DNA of 64,000 nucleotides from Eledone cirrhosa (taxonomy: Eukaryota). Where the stretch lies: NCBI GenBank assembly GCA_964016885.1, contig OZ024743.1, positions 357,802,001-357,866,000 of the forward strand. The letters are read 5' to 3'. The notes beneath the pieces are model-generated. The model was not told the DNA's origin. It did no database searches and saw only the letters and a list, made by a program, of their open reading frames with translations. A program made the position numbers and the translations under genes. Numbering within the stretch: the stretch's first letter is position 1; each line of letters starts with the position of its first letter. Positions 12,391 to 26,574 of this stretch are shown here, piece by piece.

Positions 12391-13685
12391 TATATATATA
12401 TATATATAATACCACTAACACCTCCGACCCCACGCACACGAACACACACACACACTTACAACACCCACTCTACACACCCTACCACCACTGACCCCCACTA
12501 ACAGCCGCATTTAACCCTTTCCCCACAACCAGTATACTAACACCCACTAACACCCCCTTCACCACACACACACTCATCCAAACACGCACACACACACCAG
12601 TACACTACACTCCCTCTACCGGCCCCCACACCTTTCTCTCCCCCTCCTCCTCCCCGCTCCACACACACCCCTTCACATACACACACACATCCCACTAACA
12701 CCTCTACTAATACATACCCCCTCCCTCTCCACCTTTCATACCTACCCATCCTCTCCCCTGTCCACCGCACCTCCGCACATACTGACACACCGACTTTCTC
12801 CACCTGCCATTCTCCCCGACTGCTGCTATGCCCTGAATCTCTGACCACCTCTCCGCACACACAGACACACAACCCTCCTCCTGCCTTGACCCTCTGACCA
12901 CTTCCTGTTCCGCGCGCACTCCACATCTCCCCTCTTCCGACCAACCCAACCACGGATTACACACATTGGACTTCGCTCCCACGAATCAACTCCATCACAA
13001 GGAAATTACCCGGCATCCCACCACATTCTCTACGGAACTACCTTAGGAACTTACCCACGGACATACACTAAAAAAAAAATGTTTTCCCACACGCCACCTA
13101 CATCCACAATACGTATAAACACCACACACACGTGCGTACCACCACATATTTACACACTCAGCCTCCGGAATCCTCTCCCCCTTCCCCCACCCCTCTGAGC
13201 CCTTCCCTATCCACACACGCACACACACACCGACCTACACCCCACCCCACACACACACCTTTTCATGAACATGCAACCCCGTTCTTCCCCCAACTCTCAC
13301 ATTCACATACACACACACACACACGTACACCTACACACACACACACCACCTTCAGCCCACCCCGCTCCGACACCCGCCTCCCTCTCCCCACTCCACCCGC
13401 CACCACCCCAACACGCGCCACACCCTTCCACCACTTGTTTAACTTCATGTTTTTTTTTATTTTTATTATGCTTTTATATTTATTTTCATTTGTACCGTTT
13501 CCTCTCACCCCCTTTTTTCTAAATGTCTGCCCCCACTCCCCTACACACCCTTGGAACTCTCTTCCCACACACTTTTCGCCTGAAGAAGGGCTTAAGCCCG
13601 AAACGCCCCCCCCCCTCTCAAGAGCGTGAAACTAACTAATAAACCTTTGTTATACTGCCTCTCTGTTTTGTTCCCGTTCAATTTT

Positions 13686-13720
<35 letters not shown>

Positions 13721-13723
<3 letters not shown>

Positions 13724-14285
13724 TATGTACACGTACACACATATATGCATACCGACGTACAGTAGTATGTATACATATATATATACATACATGCACACAT
13801 ATATATATGCACGTATGGATTCACCGAATAATTATTATAATGCTCGGTGTGTTTGTAAACAAGCATCCCGTATTAAGCCGTAGTGTCTAGCAACCACCGT
13901 TGCTCGTTTGTTCAACACTGACATAATATGCATAAGGTAAGTATATACGTTCAACAATCTGGCAGGAAGGTATACGTTGCTGACGATAGCTAACAAGCTT
14001 GAAACTAGTACAGCGTTCCTTTGTCAGTGTTGAACAAACGAGCAACGGTGGTTGCTAGACACTACGGCTTAATACGGGATGTTTGTTTACAAACACACCG
14101 AGCATTATAATAAATATTCGGTGAATCCATACGTGCATATATATATATGTGTGCATGTATGTATATATATGTATACATACTACTGTACGTCGGTATGCAT
14201 ATATGTGTGTACGTGTACATACTTATATTTACGTAACAGCCGTACTAAGAGTGGGAAATGAAATATCGTTTCATTTTTTTCGTTT
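13721..14285. mobile_element. Fold-back element between (TA)n runs; arms ~13721-13923 and ~14022-14228
   Basis: ~200-bp near-perfect inverted repeat; hammerhead in the spacer; ~55-nt unpaired extension on the right. Confidence 0.85.
13975..14015 (+). ncRNA. Minimal type-I hammerhead ribozyme
   Basis: CGTTG-CTGACGA-tAGCTaacaAGCTt-GAAA-CTA-GTA-CAGCG; stems I and II pair; stem III is the palindrome ACTAGT. Confidence 0.8.
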
Positions 14286-14304
14286 ATATATATATATATA
14301 TATA

Positions 14305-15192
14305 TCGAGGATAAGTGCGACGACGTACGTCTCGGGGAAACTCTAGGCATCGAGGAGGACAAACTGACCAGTCAGTTCAGGAGGCCTTTCCGTCAGTTCA
14401 GGAGGACTTTCCGTCCAGGGCCTATGGATAACTTCCAGAGGTCTCTGGCCTGGCAGTGATACCGAGGAGCTCTACCAGTTCGAGACAAAATCTACAGGTA
14501 CGGATTCCCTGGCAGAGATCCTGCCAAAAGGACCTGTCCAAGATGCGAGCAGGACATCGAAACCGTTCTGCACGCAATTGTTCAGTGCTCAGGGGTGACC
14601 GACCTGTGGAATTATGTCGAATAGCTACTGTCAGGTGTGGGACGCATCCAGTTGTCAACCGAGTCCATCGTGAGGATCACCCCGCCGCCGTCATTTAAGA
14701 ATGATGGAGAGGCGGTTTTCCTCTGCCTGGTGTCTATGGCGAAAGAGGTAATATGGTGGACGAGGTTAAAAGGACTGAGGGAAAACACCTTTCTCTCCGG
14801 ACAACCACTCATCCCCTTCTTTAAGTACCACTTCAGAAGGAAAGTGGGAGTTTGTCCCAGTAAATTCGCTGAAAGGTTGGTGAATGTGGCAAAAATGGCC
14901 CGAGTGAATTGGCCGTCTCTGTATATAAACCTGTAGGTTGAGGAAGATAAACAGAGGGAAGACGGGAACACCTACAAAACGTGTTCCTGGTGTTGAGGGT
15001 TGTTCTATCCACGGGGTGTAAAACAACCCTGAAGTAACGTTCCCCCCTATTGGGGATTTCAATTGTTATTTTATTATATATAGTTTATTGTTTTTTATTA
15101 ATGTTAAAGTTATATGATTTTTATGTAAAATCCCCGCCGTCACGTCTTGTAATGTCCCACTTTTGTACGCCCCTGTGACAAATAGAGAAAGA
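14305..15192 (+). mobile_element. 5'-truncated Tx1 fragment
   Basis: ORF2 C-terminus (ITPPPSFKNDGEAVFLCLV..WWTRLKGL) and 3'UTR ending in TATC. Confidence 0.88.
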
Positions 15193-15416
15193 TATCTATC
15201 TATCTATCTCTCTATATAAATATTACGTTTAAAAAGCTTGACAAATTGAAAATTGCGGAAGGAAAAACCCAATATACAATACCAAAAACAACAAAAGAAC
15301 TAATCAGGTTGGCCACAGACAAAGCTTCGATTTTACTAAGCTTCCACCTGTATAAATATATATATATATATATACAATATATTAATAAATGGAAACTATA
15401 TTTATAAAACCATATT

Positions 15417-15482
15417 TATTTTATTATATATATTTCAAGAGCAACCAAGGCAAATTATGGTGCGCTTTCATCAGATAAAATA
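15417..15482 (-). ncRNA. Minimal hammerhead ribozyme motif
   Basis: Minus strand reads TATTTTAT-CTGATGA-stem II-GAAA-TATAT-ATA-ATAAAATA. Confidence 0.65.
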
Positions 15483-15550
15483 CAGATTTGTTTTATAAAT
15501 AAATATTGACATACCCGGAAAAAAGACAACCATAACGGTTGGAGGTTCCT

Positions 15551-15625
<75 letters not shown>

Positions 15626-15627
<2 letters not shown>

Positions 15628-16031
15628 AGGAAGTTATAGTTCACTTGAAGCATTGTGTAATGAGGTATAAACGTTTGTATATGTATAATAAAGCCAAAAC
15701 AATGCAGGTATGGACATAGAATAAAGAATGCAAATGCAAAAGATATTGTTGACAATTAATCTTTTACCTTAGATTTATTTAAATGTCCTTAATTTTCGAG
15801 ATATTATCTCTTCTTCGGAGGGAAGTAAAGCGACTTGGCAAGCTATTTAGAACACTGGTTTAACCGCTTTACTTCCCTCCGAAGAAGAGATATTATCTCG
15901 AAAATTAAGGACATTTAAATAAATCTAAGGTAAAAGCCTAATTGTCAACAATATCTTTTGCATTTGCATTCTTTATTCTATGTCCATACCTGCATTTTTG
16001 GGGCTTTATTATACATATACAAACGTTTATA
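15626..16031. mobile_element. Fold-back element between (TA)n runs; arms ~15666-15832 and ~15865-16031
   Basis: ~167-bp inverted repeat with a 32-bp spacer; CCGAAGA-hairpin-GAAA in both arms. Confidence 0.85.
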
Positions 16032-16147
16032 TATATATATATATATATATAAAAGCAAAAGGGGTATTTAATTTGTTGGTAATTCAACAAATATATATAT
16101 ATGTTTATAACTGATTCGAAGCACTCGACAGATTTTCTGGAGTATAA

Positions 16148-16546
<399 letters not shown>

Positions 16547-16734
16547 AATGAGTTAGAGACTTTGTTGATATGTAATCAACAGAGTTATGTACATAACAGA
16601 TACGAAGCACTCGATAGAAAATATTTATCTGGAGTATTATGATATTAATAGTAATAAACGGAATATATAACACTATACCATCATTATTTGGTATTTTATG
16701 AAATAAATAATGATGTTATAATGTTATAAATTCC

Positions 16735-16850
16735 GTAGTTTATTATTATTTATTAATGTTAAAGTTTATACGATTTTTATGTAAAATCCCCGCCGTAACG
16801 TCTTGTAATATCCCATTTCTTGTACGCCCTTGTGGCAAATAAAGAAAGAT
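16735..16850 (+). mobile_element. Tx1 3'-terminal fragment
   Basis: Same terminal motif as 11008-11141, followed by (TATC)n and copy C. Confidence 0.8.
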
Positions 16851-16925
16851 ATCTATCTATATATCTATCTATCTATCTATCATCATATCTATCATCATAT
16901 CTATCATCATATCTATCTATCTATC

Positions 16926-19900
16926 TTGATAGAGTAAGACACGCTTCACATCGGCTCCGCTATTCCATCGGGATTTACCCTTATTATTGTAAGTACCGGA
17001 TAAATTTTTCAGTGCAACACATTTGGAACACTAACCCCTGTTATTTAGGGAAACATTTTTGCATTTACCCCCTTTTTAGGGGGTAAAATAAATATCTATT
17101 TTGCTGTAAAATTTCTTTCTTGGCAGCATGGCGGAAAAGATGGCAGACATGTCTGCCATTAGCTCTGCCACGCCCCCCAAGTCTGAAGAACAAAAAATAA
17201 ATACAACAAAATTAGACAACGAAACAAACAAGGAAAATGAAAAAACAAATGTTACGGAAAATGAGCAAACGGAAAACAAACAAACAGAAAATAATAATAC
17301 AAATAACAACAAGGCAACTTTCGCCCAGAAAACAAAACAGTCCATAACATATACACCAATAGACCTAACTGCCGCCAGAGAAAAACTGGCCGAAGCAAAG
17401 AAACACATTGTTTTGGGGGAGAACGGAATGTTTTCCATTAACCCCCCCCCCCCCCAGAATTCAAGAAAGCGAGAACAGAGAACACAGTTCTCTTCAGAAC
17501 TATATTGAACCAAACAAGAAAGCCAGCACAGCCCAGCCAAATGGAGATAGAGTTGGTCTTAAAAGACTATATGAAGAATATTCTCTTCATACGAAAGGAC
17601 CGACTCTATGGCAGCATTTCGGTCTTAACAAAAGACAAGGAAACGGCGCAGAAGCTTTCCCTAAGCCCACTCTCATCGACAACATACAGCTTCTATCCCT
17701 CCTACATGGATAGAAGAACACAGAGAGTAAAAATACAAACAATGCTGCCCACAATGGACTTCTGGTGGGCTATTGCTGGTTTCATAGACATGGGCGAGGA
17801 CACAGTGCTGTCAATGGGGAAGGCATCCGGAGATGCGTTCCTGGGAATGGGCCTCGACCTACTAGTCCAAATGAGGCCCGAAAGAATAGCATAAATCCCG
17901 GATCGCATCTGGCTGGATGACCTCACCCCAATAGATATAATTGTAGAGGGGAGAAGACCAGCATGCTATTTATGCACCGAAAGGGGACACATTAAGGCTA
18001 ACTGCCCGAAACGTATCCCCCAAAAAGGACTATTGCCTACACCCACCACAAACAGTACACCAACACCACCCACCTCCAAAAATACACTAATACCACACAC
18101 AGCAAACAAAATACAGACACCACCAACCACAAGCACAACACAAACATCACCACCACCAGCACCAAACACAAGCACGACACAAAAATCACCACCATCACCA
18201 ACCAAAACACAAACATCACCACCACCATCACCAACCATAAACACGACACAAACATCACCACCACCACCACAAAACGCATTCCAAACAAATAATTTAAAAA
18301 AACAGCAACAAATCTACCCCTCCCGCAAAAAAAAACAACCAGACACGACGTCCCTCCCACCTAGCGCTGAAGAGTTTCCCCCAACTTCTGAAGAAGAAGG
18401 AGGAGAAGCCTTCAAACAAGTTAAAAGAAAAAATAGAAAGCACACACCCAGCACACCACAAATAACCCACACACAAACACCAACTCCAATGAAAAACACC
18501 CCACCCTCAACAAACAAAAATAAATCTGCGCCTCCCCTCTCCGAAACATTGACAGCATCACAAAAAAAGACATTGCAATACACATATATAAATAAAGAAA
18601 ACAAAAAACTGTTTAAATTAATAAACAATAGCCCGTTGGTGCAGACCGAAGGGCCAAACTTTATCTCAACAGAGAACTTCACCCATTTAAAAATGATAAA
18701 GGTCCCTCTGGCCCTTTATCGTTCCTTAAAAGAACAATTTAGACAGGACGTGAGCCCCCCCCCCCCTGTTTAAAACCGTTAAATCGCGTCCTCTTGAAAG
18801 ATTTCCCCATAACCTCCCCTCTCCCTGACACAACTCCAAACACCCCAACCCCACCACACTCGGGTACCCCCCACACCACCACAAAACATCCCTCCACCCA
18901 ACACACCTGACGCCATGGAAATTACACAACCCGGAGAGGTAGGTGCTTTTCTTTCTTCACTTTCAACACCAAAATAGATCAATTGAGAGTTGGCTGTTTG
19001 AACGCGCGTGGCCTGGGCTCAGCTTGGAAGCAAGCAAAGCTACTAAGTGACCTCAGGTCACGAAGTATAGATGTGATGGTTGTTTGCGAGAGTCGGATCA
19101 GCAGCGTGCGACAGCTGGCTCCCGCCTTCGATGACTTTGAGATGCACGCATCTCTCTGTCAACCCGGAGGCGGGGGGGGGGGGAGTTGCCGTACTGCTGG
19201 ATAAACGTCTGACTCTAGACGTACAGATTGTTCACTCGGACCCGGGGGGTCGATTACTGGTGCTGGACGTCGGAGGCGGTGAAGGCGGGGCTTTCAGACT
19301 GGTCGGTCTTTATGCCCCATTCGGGGCTGAAAGAGCCGACTTCTTCCAGCGTCTGGAGACTTTTCTAGGAACGTCGCGTTCCCTGCTTTTAGTGGGGGAC
19401 TGGAATGGAATCCTAGATGCGCGTTGGGACTATGCAGGGGCATGTCCCGATAGAGGGGGGTGTAGCAGCCTCAAGGTGTTACTCGATCGATTCGACCTGG
19501 TCGATAGATTTCGACTAGATTGTCCAACTGCGCCAACCTGGACCTGGGCAAACCGCAGTGGACAATCTAGATCGTACCTAGATAGGTTTTTGGTTAGGAG
19601 TAAGGATAGGGACGTATTTAGTTGTCCAGAATTGATCATGGTTGGCTATTCAGATCACAAATTAGTGACCTGCGTGGTCAACCTTGATAGAACGCATAGA
19701 CAGGGTCCCGGTTACTGGAAGATGAACTTATCCTTGTCGGCAAAGAAAGATTACAGGAACCGGATTAGTAGCTTAGTTAAGATGCGGTTGACGGGAGCGA
19801 TCGTCAACAGTAGGTGGTGGGTATCTCTAAAGAGAGAGATTAGAGTAAGTTCGATAGGTTACAGTAAGGAACTAGCGGCGAATAGAAATAGGAAGGAAAG

Positions 19901-22636
19901 GGAATTAACAGATAAACTAGAAGAGGCGATTAGGAGCGGAGACGTAGCCAGAGTGTTAGCGGCGAGAACGGCGTTGAGCCAGTTCTTTGACGCGAAGCAC
20001 GAAGGCTGCGTTGTCCGAAGTAAAATACGTGCTTTAGGAAACGAGGGGACCAAAGCTGTTAGCTGGGCCCGAGTGACAGAAGCCAAGAGTGGGATTAAAT
20101 CCACCATTCGGTCTTTGCGAGACCAGGATGGACGGGTGATCCTTGAACCTGAGCGGATGTGCGAGGCCTTTCAAAGGCACTTTGCTCGACTGTTCGGAGG
20201 GGGCGGGGGGCCGGTCGGGGATGTTGACTTCGGTCCATACCTCGACGGTCTACCGCGTCTTTCGAGCGGCGAAGCGGAGTGCTGCGAAAGGCCAATCACA
20301 GCCACTGAAATCGGGGAAGCGCTCAGCCAATGCAGCAGACGCAAATCTCCGGGTCTCGATGGTCTACCATACGAACTTTATTTAGCTATGCCGGTCTTGT
20401 TCTCCGAACTCCTCGAGGCTGTCTATTGCAACTGGCAACAGAACGGGAGAATTCCCTATTCTGTGACCAAGGGCGTGGTCACGCTAGTGAGGAAGGACGA
20501 GAGCAAGGGGGACGACTTAAGTAACTTTAGGCCCATAACTCTGCTGAATGCAGAGTTACAGATTTTGGCCAAGGTGTTGGCGAAGAGGTTGGCGCTTGTG
20601 GTGGGTGGTTTGGTGGGAGACGCGCAGACATGCGCTATCCCGTCCAGGTCCATTCACGACAACCTCCACCTCATGCGATACATCGTAGAGAGGGTTGGCA
20701 ACGAACCCGGCTTTGGTGGGGCCCTGATCAACTTGGATTAATCTAAGGCGTTTGATAGGGTCGACCATGGTTACCTGGATGCGGTGCTAGCGGCGGCGGG
20801 CTTCGGACCCGTTTTCAGGGGCTGGATTTCTGCCATGCACAGTGGCAACATCTACTCTAGGATTAAAGTAAACGGCTACCTCTCGGAGCCGTTTCAAATC
20901 ACCCGGTCCATCAGACAGGGGTGCCCCTTCTCCTCCCTTCTGTACGTATTGACTCTCGAGCCACTACTGCGGAAGTTGGAGTTGCTGCGGGGCATACCCC
21001 TGGATTGCACAAAGCGGTTTCGGCCTATGCCGACGACGTGACAGTAATGGTGGTGGACGCCTCGGAAATCGGGGCGATCGCCACCCTACTGGAGGAATAC
21101 GAAAGGATGACGGGAGCTAGGCTAAACCGGGACAAGTCAGTCGGTTTGCAACTCGGAACGTGGAGGGGCAAACCGATGCCGTTAGACGGTGTCGTCGGGC
21201 GGTGGACGGAGGGCCCGGTGAAGCTGCTCGGGGTCTGGTTCGGACCGGACCTCCAGGTGGAGAAGAATTGGGGCGAGGTGACGAGCAGGGTGTTTGCGCT
21301 GACCCAGAAGTGGGCCAAGTGCAAACTATCACTGAAAGGTCGGGCGGAGGTGACGAACGCTTACATAACGTCCGTCATCTACTACCGCCTGACCGTCGTG
21401 CCTTGCCCCAAGGAAAAGCTCACCATCATGGAACGCATGCTCTTCCAGTTATCTGGAAGAAGCGGCCTCCCATGTTGAGGAGATCCATCTGCTGCCAGCA
21501 CCCTTCGAAAGGAGGGCTGGGTATGCCGTGGCTGTTGATGCGTAGGCACGCATTGAGGCTACGGCATCTACAGGTATTCCTCACCGGTCAGCCGGTGTGG
21601 GCCCCGTTTGTGAGGCGAGCCTTCCCACAGCTCGTCTCGCTCACCGAGCTGCCATCCTGGGTGAAGCAAAGACCGAGAAAACTGGGCAACTGGCACACCG
21701 AGTGTGCCCAGGCGCTCACGGCTATCTGGCAAGCGGACCCGACTGTCAGTGGAGAATCCAGCTCGACATTCTATCGAGGGCTGGTGGCTAGCAGGGGCGA
21801 CGACACCCTTGGAGAGTCGCTAGGCATGGAGGAGGACGAACTGGCCAGCCTGTTCGGTAGAACTTTCGGCCCGGGACCCATGGACAACTTCCAGAGGTCC
21901 CTAGCCTGGCAGTGTTACCGGCGGGCTTTGCCCGTTCGAGAAAAGCTCCACCGACACGGGCGCCCGGGCAAGGATCCAGCGAAAAAGATGTCCCAGATGC
22001 GTGCGCGACGAGGAAACCGTTGCGCATGCACTGGTACACTGCCCGGGCGTTGCCGATCTGTGGGGCTACGTCGAACGACTGCTGTCGCGTGTGGCGCCGA
22101 TTCGATTAACCGCCGAGTCTGTGGTGAACATCAAGCCGCCTCCTCCCTTCAGAAATGAAGCAGAGGCGGTCTTTCTGTGCGTAATAGCCATGATGAAAGA
22201 GGTTGTGTGGTGGACGCGCCTGAAAGGTCTGAGGTCGGGTGACTTTCTCTCCGGCCATCACCTGGTTTACTTCTTCCGATACCACTTCGGAAGAAAGATC
22301 AGGATGGAGAGAGAAGTGCTTGGCCCCAGACAGTTTTATGAAAGGTGGGTGAAAGAAGCGAGAATGGCTCGTGTAAATGGGCCTTCTCTCTACATTGTTC
22401 TGTAGGTGAAGAAGTGAAGAGGAAAGGGGGAGCGCCTACTCTCTGGGCTTCCCCCGCGAAAAGGGTTGCACACTTTTCGGGGGTATGTGCAATCCCCAAC
22501 ACGCCCCCTCCCTTTTGAGGACTTTTTATTATTATATTATTATTGTTATTCCTTTTTTTCTTTACTCTATTTATGTAAACTCCCCCACTGTGTATTTGTC
22601 CCCTTCTTTTGTGCCCTCGTGGCAAATAAATAGAAA
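16926..22636 (+). mobile_element. Full-length Tx1 copy C, inactivated
   Basis: Highly similar to copy B throughout; nonsense codons at ~17892 and ~20739 and several frameshifts; (TATC)n flanks. Confidence 0.95.
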
Positions 22637-22949
22637 TCTATCTAACTATCTATCTATCTAGCTAGCTAGCTAGCTAGCTAGCTAGCTAGCTATCGTATAT
22701 CTATATTTCTATCTAACTTTCTATTTATCTATTATATATATTTTAACATGTTTCACACATGTTTAACATTCTCTGAGAAGACACCAGACTTATTACCAAA
22801 TGTTAGAAAAAATTGTGTTTTTTTTGTATCTTAACGGCCATAAATTAATTGTTTCTACTTTTGGCACAAGGCCAGCAATTACCCAGTGCATTACTGGTAC
22901 TTTATTTTATCCACCCCGTAAGGATGAAAGGCAAAATGTTTGTCTTTCG

Positions 22950-23480
22950 TCTCTCGAGCGCTCTCGAGTGCTACTGGTAACAGTGCAACCCGTCGCATGG
23001 TCGGGGCGTCGGGGACTAAACTGGCAACCCAACCAAGCTTGCTTGGTGAGGAGGGTGATATTTGCCTGGTCTTGTATTTCATCCCGCAGGGTGGTATTTG
23101 AACACCCTGCGGGATGAAATACAAGACCAGACAAAGGGCGGAGGAACTCAGCAGTCAACAGCCTTCTTACCTGGGAGTGAAAGGCCCCCAGTTGTTGTCA
23201 CAACACCTTTCTAGGAGAGAGAAACTCTGAAAAAACCTGCGGCTTCGGAAGCATCCGATGATGTTGACCAATTCGGCTTTTCGGGTACTGTTTTCGATGC
23301 TTAGAGAGTGGGATTGGTCGAGTGCAAGGTCTCTCCCCACTTTAAAAACCTTCAAAGCACAGGCATTGCTTGTTCAGAATATGTTACAGGTTCGTGTGGC
23401 TGGCCGTAGCCTAAAAGTGCACCAAACTCTATAATCTGACAAGTGATTGTAATACACTTAGCAGAGTTTGCAGCCATCAT
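22950..23480 (+). mobile_element. Non-autonomous RTE-derived element, copy 1
   Basis: 5' part homologous to 23598-24198 and 26878-27088; ends in GCAGCCATC plus (TATG)n. Confidence 0.55.
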
Positions 23481-23597
23481 GTATCTATGTATGTATCTAT
23501 GTATCTATGTATGTATGTATGTATGTATGTATGTATGTATGTATGTATGTATGTATGTATGTATGTATCTATGTATGTATCTATGTATCTATGTATG

Positions 23598-24198
23598 TCA
23601 GGTCACCAGTTGGTGCTACTGGTAACATGTATCCCAGTACAACCTGTCTCATGGTCGGGTCGTTGGCGACTAAACTGGCAACCCCACCAAGGTTTCTTGG
23701 TGAGGAGAGTGACTTTGGACATCCTGCAGGTCTAAAAACAAAACCTGTCAAAGGGCAAAGGAGCTCTTAAGAGTCAATGGCCATCCAAAATCACCGGGAG
23801 AGATGACCCCTTAGCCTTTGTCAAGGCAGAATTCTAGGAGAAGGAAAACTCTGATATAACACCTGCAACCTTGATGATATCCAATGATGTTGACTTGTTC
23901 TTCTTTTTGATAAATATCATCTTGGTTAAGAGAGTGGGACTGGCTTTGTGCAGTGCCTTTGCTCACTATAAAAGCTTCACGGCACAGGCATTGCTTTATA
24001 TCTGGAGATCTCTCTGCACTTGTCGTCACATGGTACCATGGGCCCAGCACTATGTGTCAATAATTGTCACAAGTGTACCAGAGTTTTCAAGTCGCTGGCT
24101 GGACTAAAAAGTCACACTCGTTCAGCGCATCGGTAGGGGTTCTCCTACATGGATATAAAGTAGTGGCCGTACTCGAAAACGAGTTGGCAGCCACCATC
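23598..24198 (+). mobile_element. Non-autonomous bipartite RTE-derived element, copy 2
   Basis: RTE-like 5'UTR motif CTAGGAGAAGGAAAACTCTGA joined to a C2H2 remnant CHKCTRVFKSLAGLKSHTRSAH* (24065-24136) and a 3' tail with TATG repeats. Confidence 0.6.
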
Positions 24199-24591
24199 TA
24201 TGTATGTATCTATGTATGTATGCTTGTATGTGTGTGTGTGTGTTTGCATGTATATATATATATATATATGTGTGAATATATGTGCGTATACATATATATG
24301 TGTAAGTATGTATGTATGTGTCTATGTATGTATCTATGTATGCATGTATGTGTGTGTGTATGCATATATATATATGTGAATATACATGCGTATATATGTA
24401 TATGTCTGTGTGTGTGTGTGCGTATGTACATATGTACGCACATGTGTGTTTGTATACGTGTGTATATATGTATATGTGTGTATATATATATGTGTGTATA
24501 ATTTCCATACACTATATTTTCGTTAACACATGCATCCACACCGTTCAGCGCATACTTTTGTATGAGTCTAAATCTGAAACCATTATTATTA

Positions 24592-24775
24592 TGTGCGGTG
24601 AATTGGCAGTATCGGTAGAGGGTCGGACATGCTATCCAGCATAGTTACGTCCCTTTACGATCTGAGTTCAGATCCCGCCGATGTTAACTTTGCCTTTCAT
24701 CTTTATGGGGTCGATAAAATACCCAGTAATGTACTGGGTAATTGCTGGCATTGTGCCCAAAATAGAAACAATTAT
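24592..24775 (+). mobile_element. SINE family 1
   Basis: Homology to 1176-1355. Confidence 0.85.
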
Positions 24776-24904
24776 TATTATGTTTCCTTATTATTACTTC
24801 TTTTACTATTATTAATACCTTCAGTATCTTCAATTTAATCATATTACTAATATGAATATGATTTTCCATATATGGTATCTGGAAATTATTCGGCTATTCT
24901 AGTA

Positions 24905-26420
24905 AAGCTATTGCAAAGACAATGACGATCTGGAAGGCCTTTTGCGGACAGTAAAAGCATTTAGTAATGACATGAGGATGGAGATTGGACTTGATAAGTT
25001 TGCAAAAGCTACTTTCAAGAAAGTGAAACTCGTCAACTCAAACTCAGTTTAATTAGTTACTGAAACAGTCATAAAGGAACTTGAGCAGGAACAAACTCAT
25101 AAATACTTAGGGATTAATGAGGGCTCTGGCATTCAGCATGAAAGTATGAAAGAGAGGATAAGGAAGGAATGTTACAGGAGAGTACGCTCAGTTCTAAAAT
25201 CAGAACTAAATGCTCATAACAAGGCGATAACCATAAATTTCTTGGCAGTTCCAGTTGTCACTTGTAGCTTCGTTGTGTTGAACTGGAATATAGATGAAAT
25301 TAAGAGAATCAACACCAAAATCCGTAAGTTATTAACTTGTAAGAGGATGCTCCACCCGGAAGCATATGTGGATCGTTTTTACCTTCCTAGAACTCTAGGA
25401 GACCGTGGCCTGATTCAATTTGAACTTACCTACAAGACCACCTCTATTGGACTAGCCAAATACCTTGAAACAACAAACAACTGTATGCTGAAACTCGTTG
25501 AAAAACATGAAAGAAGTAAGAAGCTTCATTCTATCTTGAAGGAGAGCAAAAAATATGCTACTGATCTCATGCTTAATACTCAAGTTGGACAGACTAAAGA
25601 AACCGCTGCAACTGATGCTGCTAAGCAAATACAATTAGACAAGAACAATTAACATCAAAGTGGGAGCAGAAACTTCTGCATGGCAAATATATGGCCCGTA
25701 GCAAACAAGTTGATCTTGACCTGAAGCACATCCATCAGTGGCTACGTAGCTCAGGACCAAAAGCAGAGAGTGAAGGCTTCATCTTAGCTGCCCAAGATCA
25801 AAGCGTACTGACACGGAATTACCAGGCGGATGTGATGAGAAATGGAGTAAATCCAAAGTGCCAATTCTGCAATGTTGAGGTTGAAACAGTGGACCACTTA
25901 CTTTCTGGATGTAAAGTTTTAGCCCCAGCAGAGTACAAATCTAGACATAACAGAGTTAGCCAATATATACACGGGGTAATATGTCGGCATTCTAAAATCA
26001 AAACTGATGACAAGAGGTACAACATCACCCTGAGGCTGTAACTGAAGGAGAAAAAGTAACAATTCTTAGGGACTTTCCTGTACATACTAGCCGGACCACA
26101 AAAGCTAATAGACCAGATATCATTGTAAAAGACCAGCATTGCAAGGTCTGTTTATTGATTGATATAAGCATCCCATATGATCACAATATCGTGGCAAAAG
26201 AATTTGACAAGCTAAGAAATATAAAGATCTGCTCATTGAAATTGAAAAAATATGGCACCTCAAAGCCGTTACAATACCAGTGATTGTGAGAGCATTGGGA
26301 ATGATCAAGAAAGGAACAGAATAGTATTTGAGAATGATCTCTGGTTTACCATCTCTGTAAGAGGGGCAAAACATTGTTTTAACTGGTACTGCACACGTAT
26401 TGAGAAGAGCGCTCTCTGAA
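24905..26420 (+). mobile_element. Dong/R4-clade LINE remnant (RT thumb, CCHC, restriction-like endonuclease), decayed
   Basis: KYLG, LKSELNAHNK..AVPV, RFYLPR..GDRGL, AAQDQ, CQFC..ETVDHLLSGC, RHN, RPDI motifs with stops and frameshifts. Confidence 0.85.
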
Positions 26421-26574
26421 AATTATAATCTTTTTAGAGTGTTAACTGGCTTACCAATGTATACAGTGAGTTTATTTTCCCTAGGTGTCAGGAAGATACT
26501 CGGCATATAATGGAAACATTACTGAACCACCCGACGCTTCGAGGGCACCCGGGAAGGGCACGCCTCCTCCTCAA

